DNA of 64,000 bases from an uncultured Methanoregulaceae archaeon (GCA_963737635.1 CAVTTL010000001.1:1664001-1728000), one strand, 5' to 3'. Shown: positions 41,481 through 53,262, numbered from the stretch's first letter. A program made the numbers and translations. Notes: generated by a model from the sequence alone, not told the origin.

Positions 41481-42833
41481 ATGACCGAACCAAGTTCCCT
41501 CTTTGGAAAACGTGAAGAACGTTTTGTCGATCTCTGGCTGCTTATCATCGTCAATACTACGATTATTGCTCTCCTCATCAGCATCCTCGCTTTCCATTAC
41601 GGGACTGCTGCGGTCGCAGCAAACCTTCTCTATATTCCGATTGTGATCGCGGCATACTGGTATCCCCGGTGGGGAATCTCGTACGCAGCCGGGGTTTGCG
41701 TCATTTTCATCGGGATTGTCATGGTTGTCACCGGGGGGGCAATCAGCCAGCTGGCTGCGTCCTTTTTTACCTGCCTGGTAATCATCGGTGTTGCCGCGGT
41801 TGTTTCAAGTCTTGCAAGCCACATGCGCAAGAATGAAGTAAAATACCAGGGGATCTTCGACCATTCTGAAGCCGGGATAGGCCTTGTGAACAGTGCGAAT
41901 CACGTTATAGAAGAGGTAAACCGGCGTTTTGCGGATACGCTGGGCTACGAACCTGCCGAAATTGCGGCCAAGCCCTTTCCTCAGATCTGGGCAGATGAAG
42001 CCGACCGGGAGCGATTCTTCAGCAGCCTTGCGTCCCAGGGAAGCGTGGAAAATCTTGAAAGCCGTTTTGTGACAAAGAACGGCGACAACAAGTGGGTCCT
42101 GCTCTCCGCCGGCGTGCTCCCGGATGACCAGTTTGTCTGCACTATCGTCGATATCACGGCACGGAAAAAGGCCGAAGGGGATCTTATCATACGAGATCAT
42201 GCGATCAGTTCGTCGCTCAATGCGATTGCCATCATGGATCTCGATTTTATGATCACCTATGTCAATAATTCGCTTCTGACCATGATGGGATCCCCCGACG
42301 AAAATGAGTTCTCAGGAGAAAATCTCTGGAAATTTGTCGCTTCCAAGCAGAGAAGGGAGACAATAAAAGATGCGCTGTACCGGAAAGGGAGCTGGCTTGG
42401 CGAGATCCTTCTCTACAAAGCGGACCACCAGACGCCGTTCTATGTGCTGCTCTGGGTTAACCTGGTGAAAAACGACAAGGATAACCCGGTCTGCGTTATG
42501 GCTTCGTTTATCGACATCACCGACCGGAAGCGCATGGAAGCCGTCAAAAGAAAGGCACTCGAACAGATCGAAAAGAATATCGAGCAGTTTGCTATTCTCG
42601 GCGATCATATCAGGAACCCGCTTGCCGTGATTGTGGGCCTTTCGAGCCTCACGCCCTGCGATGTGACCGACAAGATCATCCTGCAGGCCCGCGAAATCGA
42701 TCGGATCGTTACGCAGCTTGATATGGGCTGGATCGAGTCGGAAAAAGTGCGGGAATTTATCAAGCGCTACTATATGGTGGGTGTCCCGGAGATCAGTGAG
42801 TCCGGCGGGGTTCAGGAAGGTTTCGTGCGATAG
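41481..42833 (+). CDS. Membrane PAS-PAS protein ending in a HisKA-like helix without an ATPase domain
   Basis: TM segments, two PAS domains, GDHIRNPL...LDMGWIESEKVREF tail. Confidence 0.8.
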   Translation: MTEPSSLFGKREERFVDLWLLIIVNTTIIALLISILAFHYGTAAVAANLLYIPIVIAAYWYPRWGISYAAGVCVIFIGIVMVVTGGAISQLAASFFTCLVIIGVAAVVSSLASHMRKNEVKYQGIFDHSEAGIGLVNSANHVIEEVNRRFADTLGYEPAEIAAKPFPQIWADEADRERFFSSLASQGSVENLESRFVTKNGDNKWVLLSAGVLPDDQFVCTIVDITARKKAEGDLIIRDHAISSSLNAIAIMDLDFMITYVNNSLLTMMGSPDENEFSGENLWKFVASKQRRETIKDALYRKGSWLGEILLYKADHQTPFYVLLWVNLVKNDKDNPVCVMASFIDITDRKRMEAVKRKALEQIEKNIEQFAILGDHIRNPLAVIVGLSSLTPCDVTDKIILQAREIDRIVTQLDMGWIESEKVREFIKRYYMVGVPEISESGGVQEGFVR

Positions 42834-42841
42834 CGCAGTCC

Positions 42842-44805
42842 TCACGTACTGCTTTTGTGCCCGGTGTGCTTCCCGCTCTCTTTGAGCCGCTCGTTGAGTT
42901 TTTTTACCTGTTCGCGAAGCGCGATCGCCCGTTCGAAGTCGAGGTTGTCTGCCGCGTCACGCATCTGCTTTTCCAGCTCGATGACCACATTGGGGATCTC
43001 CGCCTTCGGCACGTGTTTGGTATCCTTGATATCGACTTCTTTTTCCTTGACCGGTTTTATGATCGTCTGCGGGACGATGTGATGCTCCGTATTGTAGGCG
43101 ATCTGCTTTTCACGCCGGCGTTGTGTCTCGGAGATCGCGGCCTTCATCGAGTCGGTCATGGCGTCTGCATAGAGCACCACCTTCGAATTCACGTTTCGTG
43201 CCGCTCTCCCGATAATCTGGATGAGGCTGCGGGCATCGCGGAGGAACCCTTCCTTGTCGGCGTCAAGAATGCCGATAAACCCGACCTCAGGAATATCGAG
43301 GCCTTCCCTGAGGAGATTGATCCCGACCAGAACGTCGAACTTACCCAACCGCAGTTCGCGGATAATCTCGGTGCGTTCCAGCGTCTGGATCTCCGAGTGA
43401 AGGTACCGCGTGCGGATGCCCCGGTCGGCAAGGTATTCCGAGAGTTCTTCGGCAAGTTTTTTGGTAAGCGTGGTGATAAGCACCCGGTCGCCGCGGGAAA
43501 TGGTCTTTTTTACCTCCTCGATCACGTCAAGCGTTTGGCCTTCGATGGGCCGGACCTCGACTGCCGGATCAATAAGGCCGGTCGGACGGATGATCTGTTC
43601 GACCAACTGGGTGGAGTGTTTTAATTCGTAGAGGCCAGGGGTTGCCGAGACAAAGATCGCCTGGCGCATGTACTGTTCGAACTCGAAAAATTTCAGGGGC
43701 CGGTTATCCATCGCAGAGGGGAGCCGGAAACCGTATTTCACTAAGGTTTCTTTTCGCGAACGGTCGCCGTTGTACATGCCATGCAGCTGGGGGATCGTCT
43801 GGTGGCTCTCATCGATGATCAGCAGGAAATCGTCCGGGAAATAATCGAGCAGGCAGTACGGTTTCTCGCCGGCTTTCCTGCCATCGAAGTGCCGGGAGTA
43901 GTTCTCGATCCCTTTGCAGGAGCCGGTCTCGCGGATCATTTCGAGATCGAAGTTCGTCCGCTGCCGGAGCCGGTGGGCCTCGATCAGGCCTAAGGTGGGA
44001 AGTACTTCATCGAGTTCTTCCTGTATCGAAACAATCGCGGCTTTCTGGGCACTCTCCGGGGTGACGAAGTGGCGTGCGGGGTACACATAGAAATAGTGCA
44101 TCTCTTCTTTTTTTGCCCCGGTATTTTTGTCCACTTCCCGGATGCGTTCGACCTCGTCGCCGAAGAGTTCGATCCGGATGATATCGTTAAAGTAACCGGG
44201 GACGATGTCGATCGTGTCGCCTTTGACCCGGAACCGGCCCGGGGACAAATCGATATCGTTTCGTTCGAACTGGATATCCAGAAGCCGGCTCATGATCTCG
44301 TTTCTGGTAATCTTCTGGCCGACTGCAAGATCAAAACCGAGGTTCCGGAAGTTTTCAGGGTTGCCAAGGCCAAAGATACAGGAGACCGATGCGACCACGA
44401 TCACGTCGCGCCGGTACGAGAGCGAAGCAGTTGCCGAGAGCCGGAGCATCTCGATCTTGGGATTGATTGCTGAGTCCTTCTCGATGTACTGGTCTTTTGC
44501 CGGGATGTACGACTCCGGCTGGTAATAGTCATAGTACGAGACAAAGTACTCGACCCGGTTTTTGGGGAAAAAATCGCAGAACTCCTGGTAGAGCTGGGCG
44601 GCAAGCGTCTTGTTGTGGGCGATGACAAGGGTAGGTTTATCTGCGGCCGCAATCACGTTTGCCATCGTAAAGGTCTTTCCTGAACCGGTAACGCCAAGAA
44701 GTGTCTGGAACCGGGCGTTATCCGCGAGACCGTCGTTGAGCCGCGCTATTGCTTCCGGCTGCGATCCGGCGGGGGAAAAGAAGAGACGAGCTGGAATCCT
44801 GTCAC
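42842..44805 (-). CDS. uvrB: Excinuclease ABC subunit B (frameshift near 44780 in the first codons)
   Basis: GVTGSGKT upstream of MANVI, YYDYYQPE, IDESH, QIIRPTGL, GRAARN, UVR domain; GTG start at 44805. Confidence 0.96.
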
Positions 44806-44884
44806 GGTGCTTAGGAGTTTTGGCCGGGATGTAAAAAGGGATTGGGATGTGGCATAACCTGTCACTACCCCGGAGACAGGTCGC

Positions 44885-46177
44885 TTATTTGGGTTTGTAA
44901 TAGCCCCATTTTTTCAGGGCTTCGTGCAGTTCCCGGGCTGTTTTAGCCTTCTCGTCCAGTGTCACGCCGTCCTGCCATGCCTCGATCGCCTGCATCGTGG
45001 CCCGTGCACCGGCCCGGGTGCCATTCGGGTGGCCATGGATCCCACCGGAGACGAGCAGGATGAGATCCTCGCCATAAATGTTGAGCACGTCGGGAACAAG
45101 GCCCGGGTGCAGGCCGCCGGATGAGACCGGGAAAGCCGTTTTGATGGACCCCCAGTCCTGGTCGAGGCACTGGTGGGGGACTTCCGTGATCTTTTTCTTG
45201 CGCAACAGATCGGCAAGGAGGATCGACTCGGTCTTTGTCCCGGTCAGTTTACCGACAGCTGTCCCGGTATGGATCTGGGAGACCCCGATCAGGCGCATAA
45301 GTTTTGCGAGGAAGTACATGGTCATCCCGTGCTTCCTGTTCCGGTCGAAGGCTGAATGAAACGCACGGTGCGCATGAATCGCGAGGCCCAGGTCAGAACA
45401 GTAGTCGCGCATCGTCATAACGCTGGCATTTCCGGCAACCACTACATCGATCATCGCATAGTTCCAGCCGTACTCGACCAGGAGATCGGCACGCTTCTTC
45501 ATGGTCTCCACGTCGGCAGAGATGTTTAAGAATGCCGATTTCCTCTCACCGGTCTCTTGTTCGGCCTTGTCCCGCAGCTGGGTCATGTATTTTACCCGGT
45601 CCTCGAACCGGTTAAAGGAGGTCGAGGTAAGATTTTCATCGTCCTTGACAAAATCAAAGCCCCCCCTCCATGTCTCGTACCCGACTTCAGCATGCTCTTT
45701 TGCCGAAAAACCGATCTTTGGTTTCGGTACGGCACCGGTGAGTGGCCGGCCGCGGATGTTCATCATTTTGCGGATCCCGTCCATGCCAAAGTGCGGCCCT
45801 TTAAATCCGCGGAGATACGCAGAAGGAAGCGACGCGTCGAGAAGGCGCAGGTTTTTGAGTGCTTTCATCCCAAAAATGTTCCCGGCAATCCCGCTCATCA
45901 GTTGTACGGCATTTCCCTCCTCCCAGAGTGCGAGAGGATAGGCGACCTTGACAAAGTGGTTATCAAACGCAAATGCGGTCGCCTCCAGCTTCTTCATTCG
46001 CGGTGGCATCGTAAACAGGGTCGTCCACGTGCCCGTTGAGCTCTCCGAGGCTATCCTGCCCGCGGCTTCTTCATCCGTGATCCCGGCTGCCGGTTCAAAA
46101 TAAAAAAGACAGACCAGATCGTCTTTTGCCGGTTCATAGGTTTTATCGACAAATTCGTTGTACCAATCAATAGCCAT
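44885..46177 (-). CDS. rbcL: RuBisCO form III (methanogen type)
   Basis: ESSTGTWT, KPKIG, GGFDFVKDDEN catalytic motif, HAHRA, GTAVGKL, SGGLHP, GGIHGHP. Confidence 0.95.
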   Translation of the reverse strand: MAIDWYNEFVDKTYEPAKDDLVCLFYFEPAAGITDEEAAGRIASESSTGTWTTLFTMPPRMKKLEATAFAFDNHFVKVAYPLALWEEGNAVQLMSGIAGNIFGMKALKNLRLLDASLPSAYLRGFKGPHFGMDGIRKMMNIRGRPLTGAVPKPKIGFSAKEHAEVGYETWRGGFDFVKDDENLTSTSFNRFEDRVKYMTQLRDKAEQETGERKSAFLNISADVETMKKRADLLVEYGWNYAMIDVVVAGNASVMTMRDYCSDLGLAIHAHRAFHSAFDRNRKHGMTMYFLAKLMRLIGVSQIHTGTAVGKLTGTKTESILLADLLRKKKITEVPHQCLDQDWGSIKTAFPVSSGGLHPGLVPDVLNIYGEDLILLVSGGIHGHPNGTRAGARATMQAIEAWQDGVTLDEKAKTARELHEALKKWGYYKPK

Positions 46178-46290
46178 AGCGCTTACCGTACCTACCAATG
46201 CGTGCATGAGTCAAAAATCTTCAGGTCGGAAAACAGGCGGGTTTTTCACCGGGCAGGAATATCCCCCTTGGCATGTCTGGAGAGCCAGTT

Positions 46291-46329
46291 TTAGGTAGAC
46301 CGAAATCATTTTTATTTAGGGCGTCCTAA
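46291..46329. promoter_or_regulatory. Two DtxR/MntR-type operator palindromes
   Basis: TTAGG-TAGA-CCGAA (46291-46304) and TTAGG-GCGT-CCTAA (46316-46329) directly upstream of the DtxR-family gene. Confidence 0.75.
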
Positions 46330-46340
46330 TAAGTACTTAG

Positions 46341-47060
46341 ATGGCACAGGAACAAATCGAGGAATATCTCGAAGCGATCTACGATATTGCCGGTACTGAA
46401 GGCGCTGCAAAGACCACGGCGATTGCAAAGTGCCTCAAAGTTGCGCCGGCGAGTGTGACCGAGGCGCTCCAGAGCCTGGCAGAGAAGAACCTCGTGAACT
46501 ACGAGCCATACCGGGGTGCGAGCCTTACCGGCGAGGGAAAGAAAATTGCCGAGACGATCAAACGCCGGCACCGGCTGCTGGAAGTGTTTCTGGCCGATGT
46601 CCTGCATATCAACCGGGCAAAGGTGCACGATGAGGCCTGCCGGATGGAACATACGATCTCGGAAGAAACTGAATGTGCCCTCTGTAAGATGCTGGACGCG
46701 CCATCGCGCTGCCCGCACGGGAGCCCCATCAGACCGTGTGACAAAGGAATCACGAATTGTGCAGACTGCAGGACCCAAGCAGAAACAGAAAATGCCCCTG
46801 CATCGAGAGAGCGAAAGATCATTCCGATCACGGAACTTGGCCCCGATGACAAGGGGAAAATCGCGTTTATCCGCGGTGATTGCAATATCGTCCAGCGTCT
46901 TTCGAATCTCGGCCTGACCCTCGGGACAATGGTGTCGATTAAACGTAAGGTGCCCATGAACGAGCCGGTAGAAGTGTTCGTGCACCGGACAAAACAAGTC
47001 ATCGACTATTCCCTTGCCGATGATATCTTCGTCCAATCGTCGGTTACGGGGGATCCATGA
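46341..47060 (+). CDS. DtxR/MntR-family metal-dependent regulator with C-terminal FeoA domain
   Basis: EEYLEAIY, PASVTE, RRHRLLEVFL, EACRMEH, CPHGSPI, FeoA-like tail. Confidence 0.92.
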   Translation: MAQEQIEEYLEAIYDIAGTEGAAKTTAIAKCLKVAPASVTEALQSLAEKNLVNYEPYRGASLTGEGKKIAETIKRRHRLLEVFLADVLHINRAKVHDEACRMEHTISEETECALCKMLDAPSRCPHGSPIRPCDKGITNCADCRTQAETENAPASRERKIIPITELGPDDKGKIAFIRGDCNIVQRLSNLGLTLGTMVSIKRKVPMNEPVEVFVHRTKQVIDYSLADDIFVQSSVTGDP

Positions 47061-47341
47061 CCCCATCAGATCCGCCATCGCGGGAACCGGTATCCTCCAG
47101 TGAAGCGGCTATCACCCTTGACACAATAAAACCTCCAGCCCGGTGCCGGATTGTGGCAGTTCCCACACGGGGGCCGTTCCGGCAGCGTCTCCTTGCTATG
47201 GGTATTATTCCGGGGGCAGAAATCGAAGTGATCAGGGCCGCACCCATGGGTGACCCCATCGAATACCTGGTGAAAGGGTATCATCTTTCTCTCAGGAAGG
47301 ACGAATCCCGATACATCACAGTGACCTGCGAGCGAGTTTGA
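47057..47341 (+). CDS. feoA: Ferrous iron transport protein A
   Basis: RLLAMGIIPG...APMGDPIE...LSLRKDE. Confidence 0.9.
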   Translation: MTPSDPPSREPVSSSEAAITLDTIKPPARCRIVAVPTRGPFRQRLLAMGIIPGAEIEVIRAAPMGDPIEYLVKGYHLSLRKDESRYITVTCERV

Positions 47342-47343
47342 TC

Positions 47344-47604
47344 ATGCAGAAAATTCCTCTTGCGCTCCTTGCTGCCGGGACAGGAGCGATGATCGAAGAC
47401 GTCCATGCAACCGATGGGCTACTCCGGCATCTCACCGCTATGGGGCTCTTGCCCGGTTCCCGGGTAACCGTGGTTTGTGCGGATCGCGGATCCCTTATTA
47501 TTTCGGTTTCTGGATCCCGCTATGCGCTCTCACGTGGGATGGCCATGAAGATACTCGTTCGTGACTCAAATTCCGATGACAAAACACAGGCAGATGCACA
47601 ATGA
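47344..47604 (+). CDS. feoA: Ferrous iron transport protein A (second copy)
   Basis: LTAMGLLPG...YALSRGMAMKILV. Confidence 0.85.
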   Translation: MQKIPLALLAAGTGAMIEDVHATDGLLRHLTAMGLLPGSRVTVVCADRGSLIISVSGSRYALSRGMAMKILVRDSNSDDKTQADAQ

Positions 47605-49602
47605 AAAAAACACTCCGTTTCGCGCTCGCTGGCAATCCGAATGTTGGCAAAAGCACACTTTTTAACGCAATCACCGGTTCTCACCAACATGTCGGCAACT
47701 GGCCGGGTGTGACTGTCGAAAAAAAAAGTGGATCCGTCCAGCACGGAGGCTACGATATCGAAATTATCGATCTCCCCGGTACCTACAGCCTGACCGCATA
47801 TTCCGCAGATGAAGTGATCGCCCGGGATTTCCTTATCGATGAAAAACCGGATGTTGTCATTCATGTTGTGGACGCAACCAATCTCGAACGCAACCTGTAT
47901 CTTACCACCCAGCTCCTAGAAATCGGCACCCCTGTTGTGATCGCCCTTAATATGTCTGATATGTCCGAGACAAGGGGAGACCGGATCAACCCGAAGAAGA
48001 TGGAGGAATATCTTGAAATCCCTGTTGTCAGGACTGTAGGAAGCCGGGGCGAGGGAATCCCTAAGCTGCTCAGTGCAGCAATAAAAGAAGCAGAAACATC
48101 CCCACACCACGAACACTCCATCGGGTATGGTAATACAACGGAAGGCGTGATCGCAGAGCTGTGCAAGATAATCGACCAGGATACAGCACTCATCTCGCGA
48201 TACCCTGCCCGCTGGCTTTCTATCCGGCTCCTTGAAGGGGATGAGAATGCCATTGAAAAAATCAAAGGAAGTCCAATCCAGAAAGACGTTGAAACTGTTC
48301 TTTCGAGGATCGATACCGGGGAGTACGAAGCAACGATGGCTGACCGCCGGTACGAAGTGATCTCCGCGATCCTGCCTCAGGTCTGCGTTACCTGTGTGAA
48401 AGACATGAGTGCTTCCGATCTCATTGACCGGGTTGTCACGAACCGGTACCTGGGTATACCAATATTCCTTGCGCTTATGTGGGGGGCGTTTGAACTCACG
48501 TTCGCTGTCGCCTCGCCTTTTACTTCTGCAATCACTGCGGCCATGGGCGTTCTTGGAACTGCCGTAACCGCCGGTGTGGGACCGGCCTGGCTTGCCTCGT
48601 TTATCAGAGACGGCATTATTGGCGGGGTAGGAACCGTTCTCTCGTTTGTTCCCAATATTTTCATTCTCATCCTGATCCTTGCAATCCTTGAAGATAGCGG
48701 ATATCTTGCCCGTGCAGCATTTATCATGGACCGGCTGATGTATTCCATCGGTCTTCCCGGCAAATCATTTATCCCGATGTTGATCGGGTTTGGTTGCAAT
48801 GTTCCGGCGATCATGGCAACCCGAACCATCGAAGATCAGAAAGACCGGTTAATTACGATCCTTGTCAACCCGTTCATATCCTGCGGTGCCCGCCTGCCGG
48901 TGTATGTTCTCTTTGCAGGCGCTTTTTTCCCGCATAATGCGGGGACGGTGATATTCGGATTGTACGTCCTTGGTATTGTGATTGCGATCCTATCGGCAAA
49001 ACTCTTCCGGGCAACTATCCTTCCAGGAAAACCGGCGCCGTTTTTGATGGAGATGCCACCCTACCGGCTCCCGACAGTTAAAACGTCGCTTATCCATATG
49101 TGGGACCGGGGATCCATGTATCTCCGGAAAGCCGGTGGTGTCATTTTTGGCGTTGCCGTTGTTGTCTGGGGACTGGCGTCCTTTCCCTATGGGGTCGAGT
49201 TTGGAGGAGCGCAGAGCTGATGCCGGCATGATCGGACACGCGATCCAGCCGCTCGTGCAGCCGCTTGGGTTTGGCTGGCAGATCTCAGTCGCGCTCCTCT
49301 TCGGCTTCATGGCAAAAGAGGTCGTGATCGGGTCGCTCGGCGTCCTGTATGGTGTCGGGGACAACGGAGGGGCACTGAGTCATGCATTGCTTGCCGATCC
49401 ATCCCTTGGACCGGTAACTGCATTGACGATCATGGTCTTTGTGCTGCTTTACCTGCCCTGCATGGCCTCCCTTGCCGTTATCAGAAAGGAGACCGGATCC
49501 TGGAAATGGACCGGATTTTCCGTTCTCTATGGTCTCACAGTAGCGTATATCGCCGCGTTCATTGTGGCGCATGTGGGTGTGTTTATCATGGGAAGGGTCT
49601 GA
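47601..49602 (+). CDS. feoB: Ferrous iron transporter B (frameshift near 49215)
   Basis: GNPNVGKS, NWPGVTVE, DLPGTYSL, GFGCNVPA, AKEVV, YLPC. Confidence 0.95.
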
Positions 49603-49603
49603 A

Positions 49604-50044
49604 ATGTCAACATCGCAAAAAGTGATCTTTTCCTGGATCGTGGGCCTGCTGTATTGTCTTTTTGGAGTTCTCCAGATCCTATCGGTAATCGTACCGGGGC
49701 TTGCCAGGATCCTGGCGCCCCTCATGATCCCGTCTGATATCGCATCAGGTTTCGTACTCTGCGTAATCGGCGCGGTGTTTATTGTCGGGGCACAGGAGAT
49801 GCACGCCCGGATTGCCGGCGGCGAAGCGTTCCTGTACGTTGGGATGCTCCTCTCGGTTGCCTTTGGCCTGATCATGCTGCTTGATCTCGGGGCGCAAGGA
49901 ATCGATACGATACTCTTTGGGAATGAGGGAAATTCCTGGTCAGTAACACAGATGATCGTGCCGATGCTCTACCTCGCTATGTTCTCTCTTATCGGGTTTG
50001 CAGCATGGGGACGCAGTTTTATAGAGGATATTATACCTGCTTAA
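49604..50044 (+). CDS. Hypothetical membrane protein in the feo operon
   Basis: About 4 hydrophobic segments; starts 2 bp after the feoB stop. Confidence 0.7.
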   Translation: MSTSQKVIFSWIVGLLYCLFGVLQILSVIVPGLARILAPLMIPSDIASGFVLCVIGAVFIVGAQEMHARIAGGEAFLYVGMLLSVAFGLIMLLDLGAQGIDTILFGNEGNSWSVTQMIVPMLYLAMFSLIGFAAWGRSFIEDIIPA

Positions 50045-50056
50045 ATGAGGTGTCTC

Positions 50057-50341
50057 ATGATCGAGTCTATCGCAAGAAAGATCCGAGATGGAGGTTATTC
50101 AGCAGCAGATCTTGCGGCAAGTGTGGGGCTCTCACAGGAGCAACTGAAAAACCGCCTTGCCCTTATGGAGCGGCAAGGGTACATTGTCCGGGTAGAGGAC
50201 TGCGGGCCGGTGGATGGAGGATGTGGATACTGCAGCTCGTGTCCCTCATGCAGCGACAAGGATCGTGCGATGCTTCCGGTGCAGTATCGTCTAACCAAAA
50301 AAGGGGAACTTCTTGTTGAAAGCAAGATTCCGCGTACCTGA
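50057..50341 (+). CDS. FeoC-like winged-helix protein with Cys cluster
   Basis: SAADLAASVG...LALMERQGYI followed by C..GCGYCSSCPSC; last gene of the feo operon. Confidence 0.7.
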   Translation: MIESIARKIRDGGYSAADLAASVGLSQEQLKNRLALMERQGYIVRVEDCGPVDGGCGYCSSCPSCSDKDRAMLPVQYRLTKKGELLVESKIPRT

Positions 50342-50424
50342 ATTTCCGATGCGTTTCCTGAAAAGAAGATTTACAGAGAGAGCCGCCTTGGCAAAAGATC
50401 AGGTTTCTTGTATCTGGCTCTCGA

Positions 50425-52015
50425 TCATAGATTGATTGTAGCGACAGGTACGAATGGGGGTTTGCCGGTATTCGGATCGACAAGAAGTGCAACCGCTCCC
50501 CGCGGTGTGTTTTTACTGATCTGCGTAACCATTCTGCTGTTGTTATACACTTCAACGGTCAGGTTATCGCCGGAGGAGTCCAGCTTCTGGAAGTCGGCTT
50601 GGACAAGGTCGTTGCTGTTCTTTATCGGATAGAACTGTTCCCCGGTTCCCCGGACTTCTATGAGACTTCCCGGGTTCCCGTATTCCCCAAAATAGGTGCC
50701 GTTATAGGTCACTTTGACCCATACCCCTTCTGCAGGGACAAGGGCTGGTGCTATGGTCGATGTCTGCTGCAGGGGGGTCACGGTCGGCGTGACTATACTG
50801 TGATCTGCATTATGTGCATTTCCCGGAAGGGACAGGAACATAACCGCAGACACGCCACAAATGACGAGAATCACAAGAATCATTGCAACAATCATCGTGG
50901 CCGGCTTTTTTTCCGGGTGCGGTCCGGCATCACGACCCGTTCCTACAGGGAGGATCGGGGGCGATGCGGACGCTGGCGCGGCATCAGGTATATCTCCGGA
51001 GAGTACCGGGAATACGACACCGTCTGGTACCCCGACAGGTTCCCCGGTTCCTGGCTGAAATGCTATGGTTTCTTCGATCTGAACAGGTACAACCTCTTCA
51101 ATCTGCCTGGATAATGCCTCGATGTCGGTTAACGGCCCGGCCCGCTGCTCGTCCAGGACGGACCGGGGCGGGATGATCCTGAACCTCTGGTTCTGGCTCC
51201 CTTAAGGGTGCTGCTGTATCGGGTGCATTTTCCGTTCTCTTTTCAGGAATGGCGTTCTCCCGGTCCAGGACTGGTTCTGCGCGGAGAGTTTCCTCAGGCG
51301 CATCAGGTAGGTTGTTCGCCGTCCCTTGGAGTGTTTCATGGTACGATGATGCTCCGGATAGGGGTGCGAGATCACGGTGTTCCTCGTCGGCCAGGGAATC
51401 GGGCGTCGGGGATCCCGTTTCGGATTCAGGCTCTAAGGAGATCTCGTGTCCGGTGTCATCCGGCGACGGTTCTTCTCTTATGTCATCCTGCTTCTCGTGT
51501 GCGGCCTGCATTGCTGAAAGTAATGCCTCAGATGGTCGCCGGCTCTTCTGCGGTACTTTTGTATGGGGAAGGAGGATCTCAGGGGCGCTGAAGCGGCGGA
51601 CGGTGGCGTCGGTGCCCGGGGATTTTACCGCCGCAGGCCGTTTTCCTGCCGGTACCGGCTCGTTGCGGATGGATACCACAAGCTCGATCAGTTTTTTAAC
51701 CCAGAGATCGCATTCTGCAGTCCGGTCCTGGTACGGTTGCTGGGAAAAGATCAGATCAAGCGTTTTTGCGTCATCGATGCCAGCCGGGTCGATGACCGTG
51801 AGGGTGATAAACGGTTCACGTGCCGGTGTCGTTCCGCCTTTGACCGATAATATGGTGGCAAACGGGATGACCTGAGGCTGGTCACGGAAATGGTCGCTGT
51901 CGACAAGGGCAAGGCGGTGGCTGGTGAGGATCAGATCGTACTCAGCATCGTCGATGAGTACCCTGTCCGTCGTCAGGATAATAGATTCGCCGCTTTTGAG
52001 GTAGGGACCGGCCAT
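50425..52015 (-). CDS. Hypothetical membrane-anchored protein (PH-like N-terminus, low-complexity linker, TM, extracellular domain); frameshifted
   Basis: ORFs 51098-52108 and 50425-50895 flank a Pro/Glu-rich linker; LILTSHRL...IPFATI is PH-like. Confidence 0.55.
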
Positions 52016-52192
52016 ATCTGGTGACTTCCGGAATATATTTTCGTTGTCTGTAGTGATATGCTTTTTAGGTAATTGTTCCCCGGGATCCTGAAATCTCCTT
52101 TTGTACATCTAGTATGTGGGCCGCGAAAAGAGGCCGGGGTTTCCTTGATATAGTTCTCTGAAGATACCAGATACACGGGAAATGATACCGGG

Positions 52193-52845
52193 ATGAAGGC
52201 GGTTCTTATTTTTTCCGGCGGGATGGACAGCACCACCCTTCTGTATGACCTTATCCACCAGGGGCATGAGGTCAGTGCAGTTACGTTCGACTATTGCCAG
52301 AAACACAAAAAAGAGATCCGGTGCGCAGAAAAGACCTGTGCAAAACAAAATGTCCCTCATATCCTTGTCAACCTTCAGGTTCTTGGCGATCTTGCTCCCT
52401 CCAGCCTCACCCGGGACTCGTGGACGGTTCCCGAAGGCCATTATGCAGAAGAGACGATGAAGCAGACTGTTGTCCCGAACCGGAACATGATCTTCTTGAG
52501 TCTTGCTGCTGCCTACGCGATTGGCATTGGTGCCAAAAACCTGTATTATGCAGCTCACGCCGGGGACCATGCCATCTATCCTGACTGCCGGCGGCGTTTG
52601 TAAGTGCCATGACGACGGCAATGCACCTGTGCGACTGGAACGATCTTGTGCTCCATGCACCCTATCTCTGGCTCTCCAAAAGCGACATTGTCGAAAAAGG
52701 TATCAGGCTCGGGGTGGATTATGCGGATACCTGGTCATGTTACAAAGGTGAGGAGTTCTCCTGCGGAAAATGCGGGGCCTGCACCGAACGGCGCGAGGCG
52801 TTCGAATTGGCTGGTGCGGTAGATCCTCTGGAATACCAGCAATAA
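52193..52845 (+). CDS. queC: 7-cyano-7-deazaguanine synthase (frameshift near 52590)
   Basis: SGGMDST, TVVPNRNMIFLS, YPDCR, TWSCY...CGKCGAC..R. Confidence 0.93.
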
Positions 52846-52875
52846 ACCATTCCCTGACAGGAAAACCTGGAGGGT

Positions 52876-53262
52876 CTATGGGTTTTCAAAGGCAAAATCG
52901 ACCCGGTAATCCTGCGAGCACTCGCCATCGAGTATGGTCTCGTACGTCCGGGTCTCACCTGATCCAATGCTTCCGATAAAGACGGATCGCGAATCCCGGA
53001 TGGTACCGGTGCCGGTGTTGACGAGATTGAAGTCCAGCATCAGGTTCTCCGGGGAACTATTTCCCGCGTTGTAAACGTATCCGGTCAGATCTGTATAGCA
53101 GCCATATTCCGGCGACCACGAGTCATGGAATTCATAGTGGGTGTGAAGCGAGCCCGCCGAGCTGTCTTGTACGGTCGTCGCGCTGAGACAGCCGGCACCT
53201 GCGGCAAGTGCCATTACGAGAAGGAGAAGAGAAGCGTAAAGATAGTTTTTTGCGGGATACAT
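52876..53262 (-). CDS. Putative lipoprotein
   Basis: Signal peptide with AGC lipobox-like motif; small beta-rich domain (GYVYNAG...IGSGETRTY). Confidence 0.65.
   Translation of the reverse strand: MYPAKNYLYASLLLLVMALAAGAGCLSATTVQDSSAGSLHTHYEFHDSWSPEYGCYTDLTGYVYNAGNSSPENLMLDFNLVNTGTGTIRDSRSVFIGSIGSGETRTYETILDGECSQDYRVDFAFENP

Noticed and set aside
52193-52845. queC as part of a dpd-type DNA modification system
   Set aside because: No dpdA/dpdB or other que genes nearby; archaeosine tRNA modification is the ordinary explanation.
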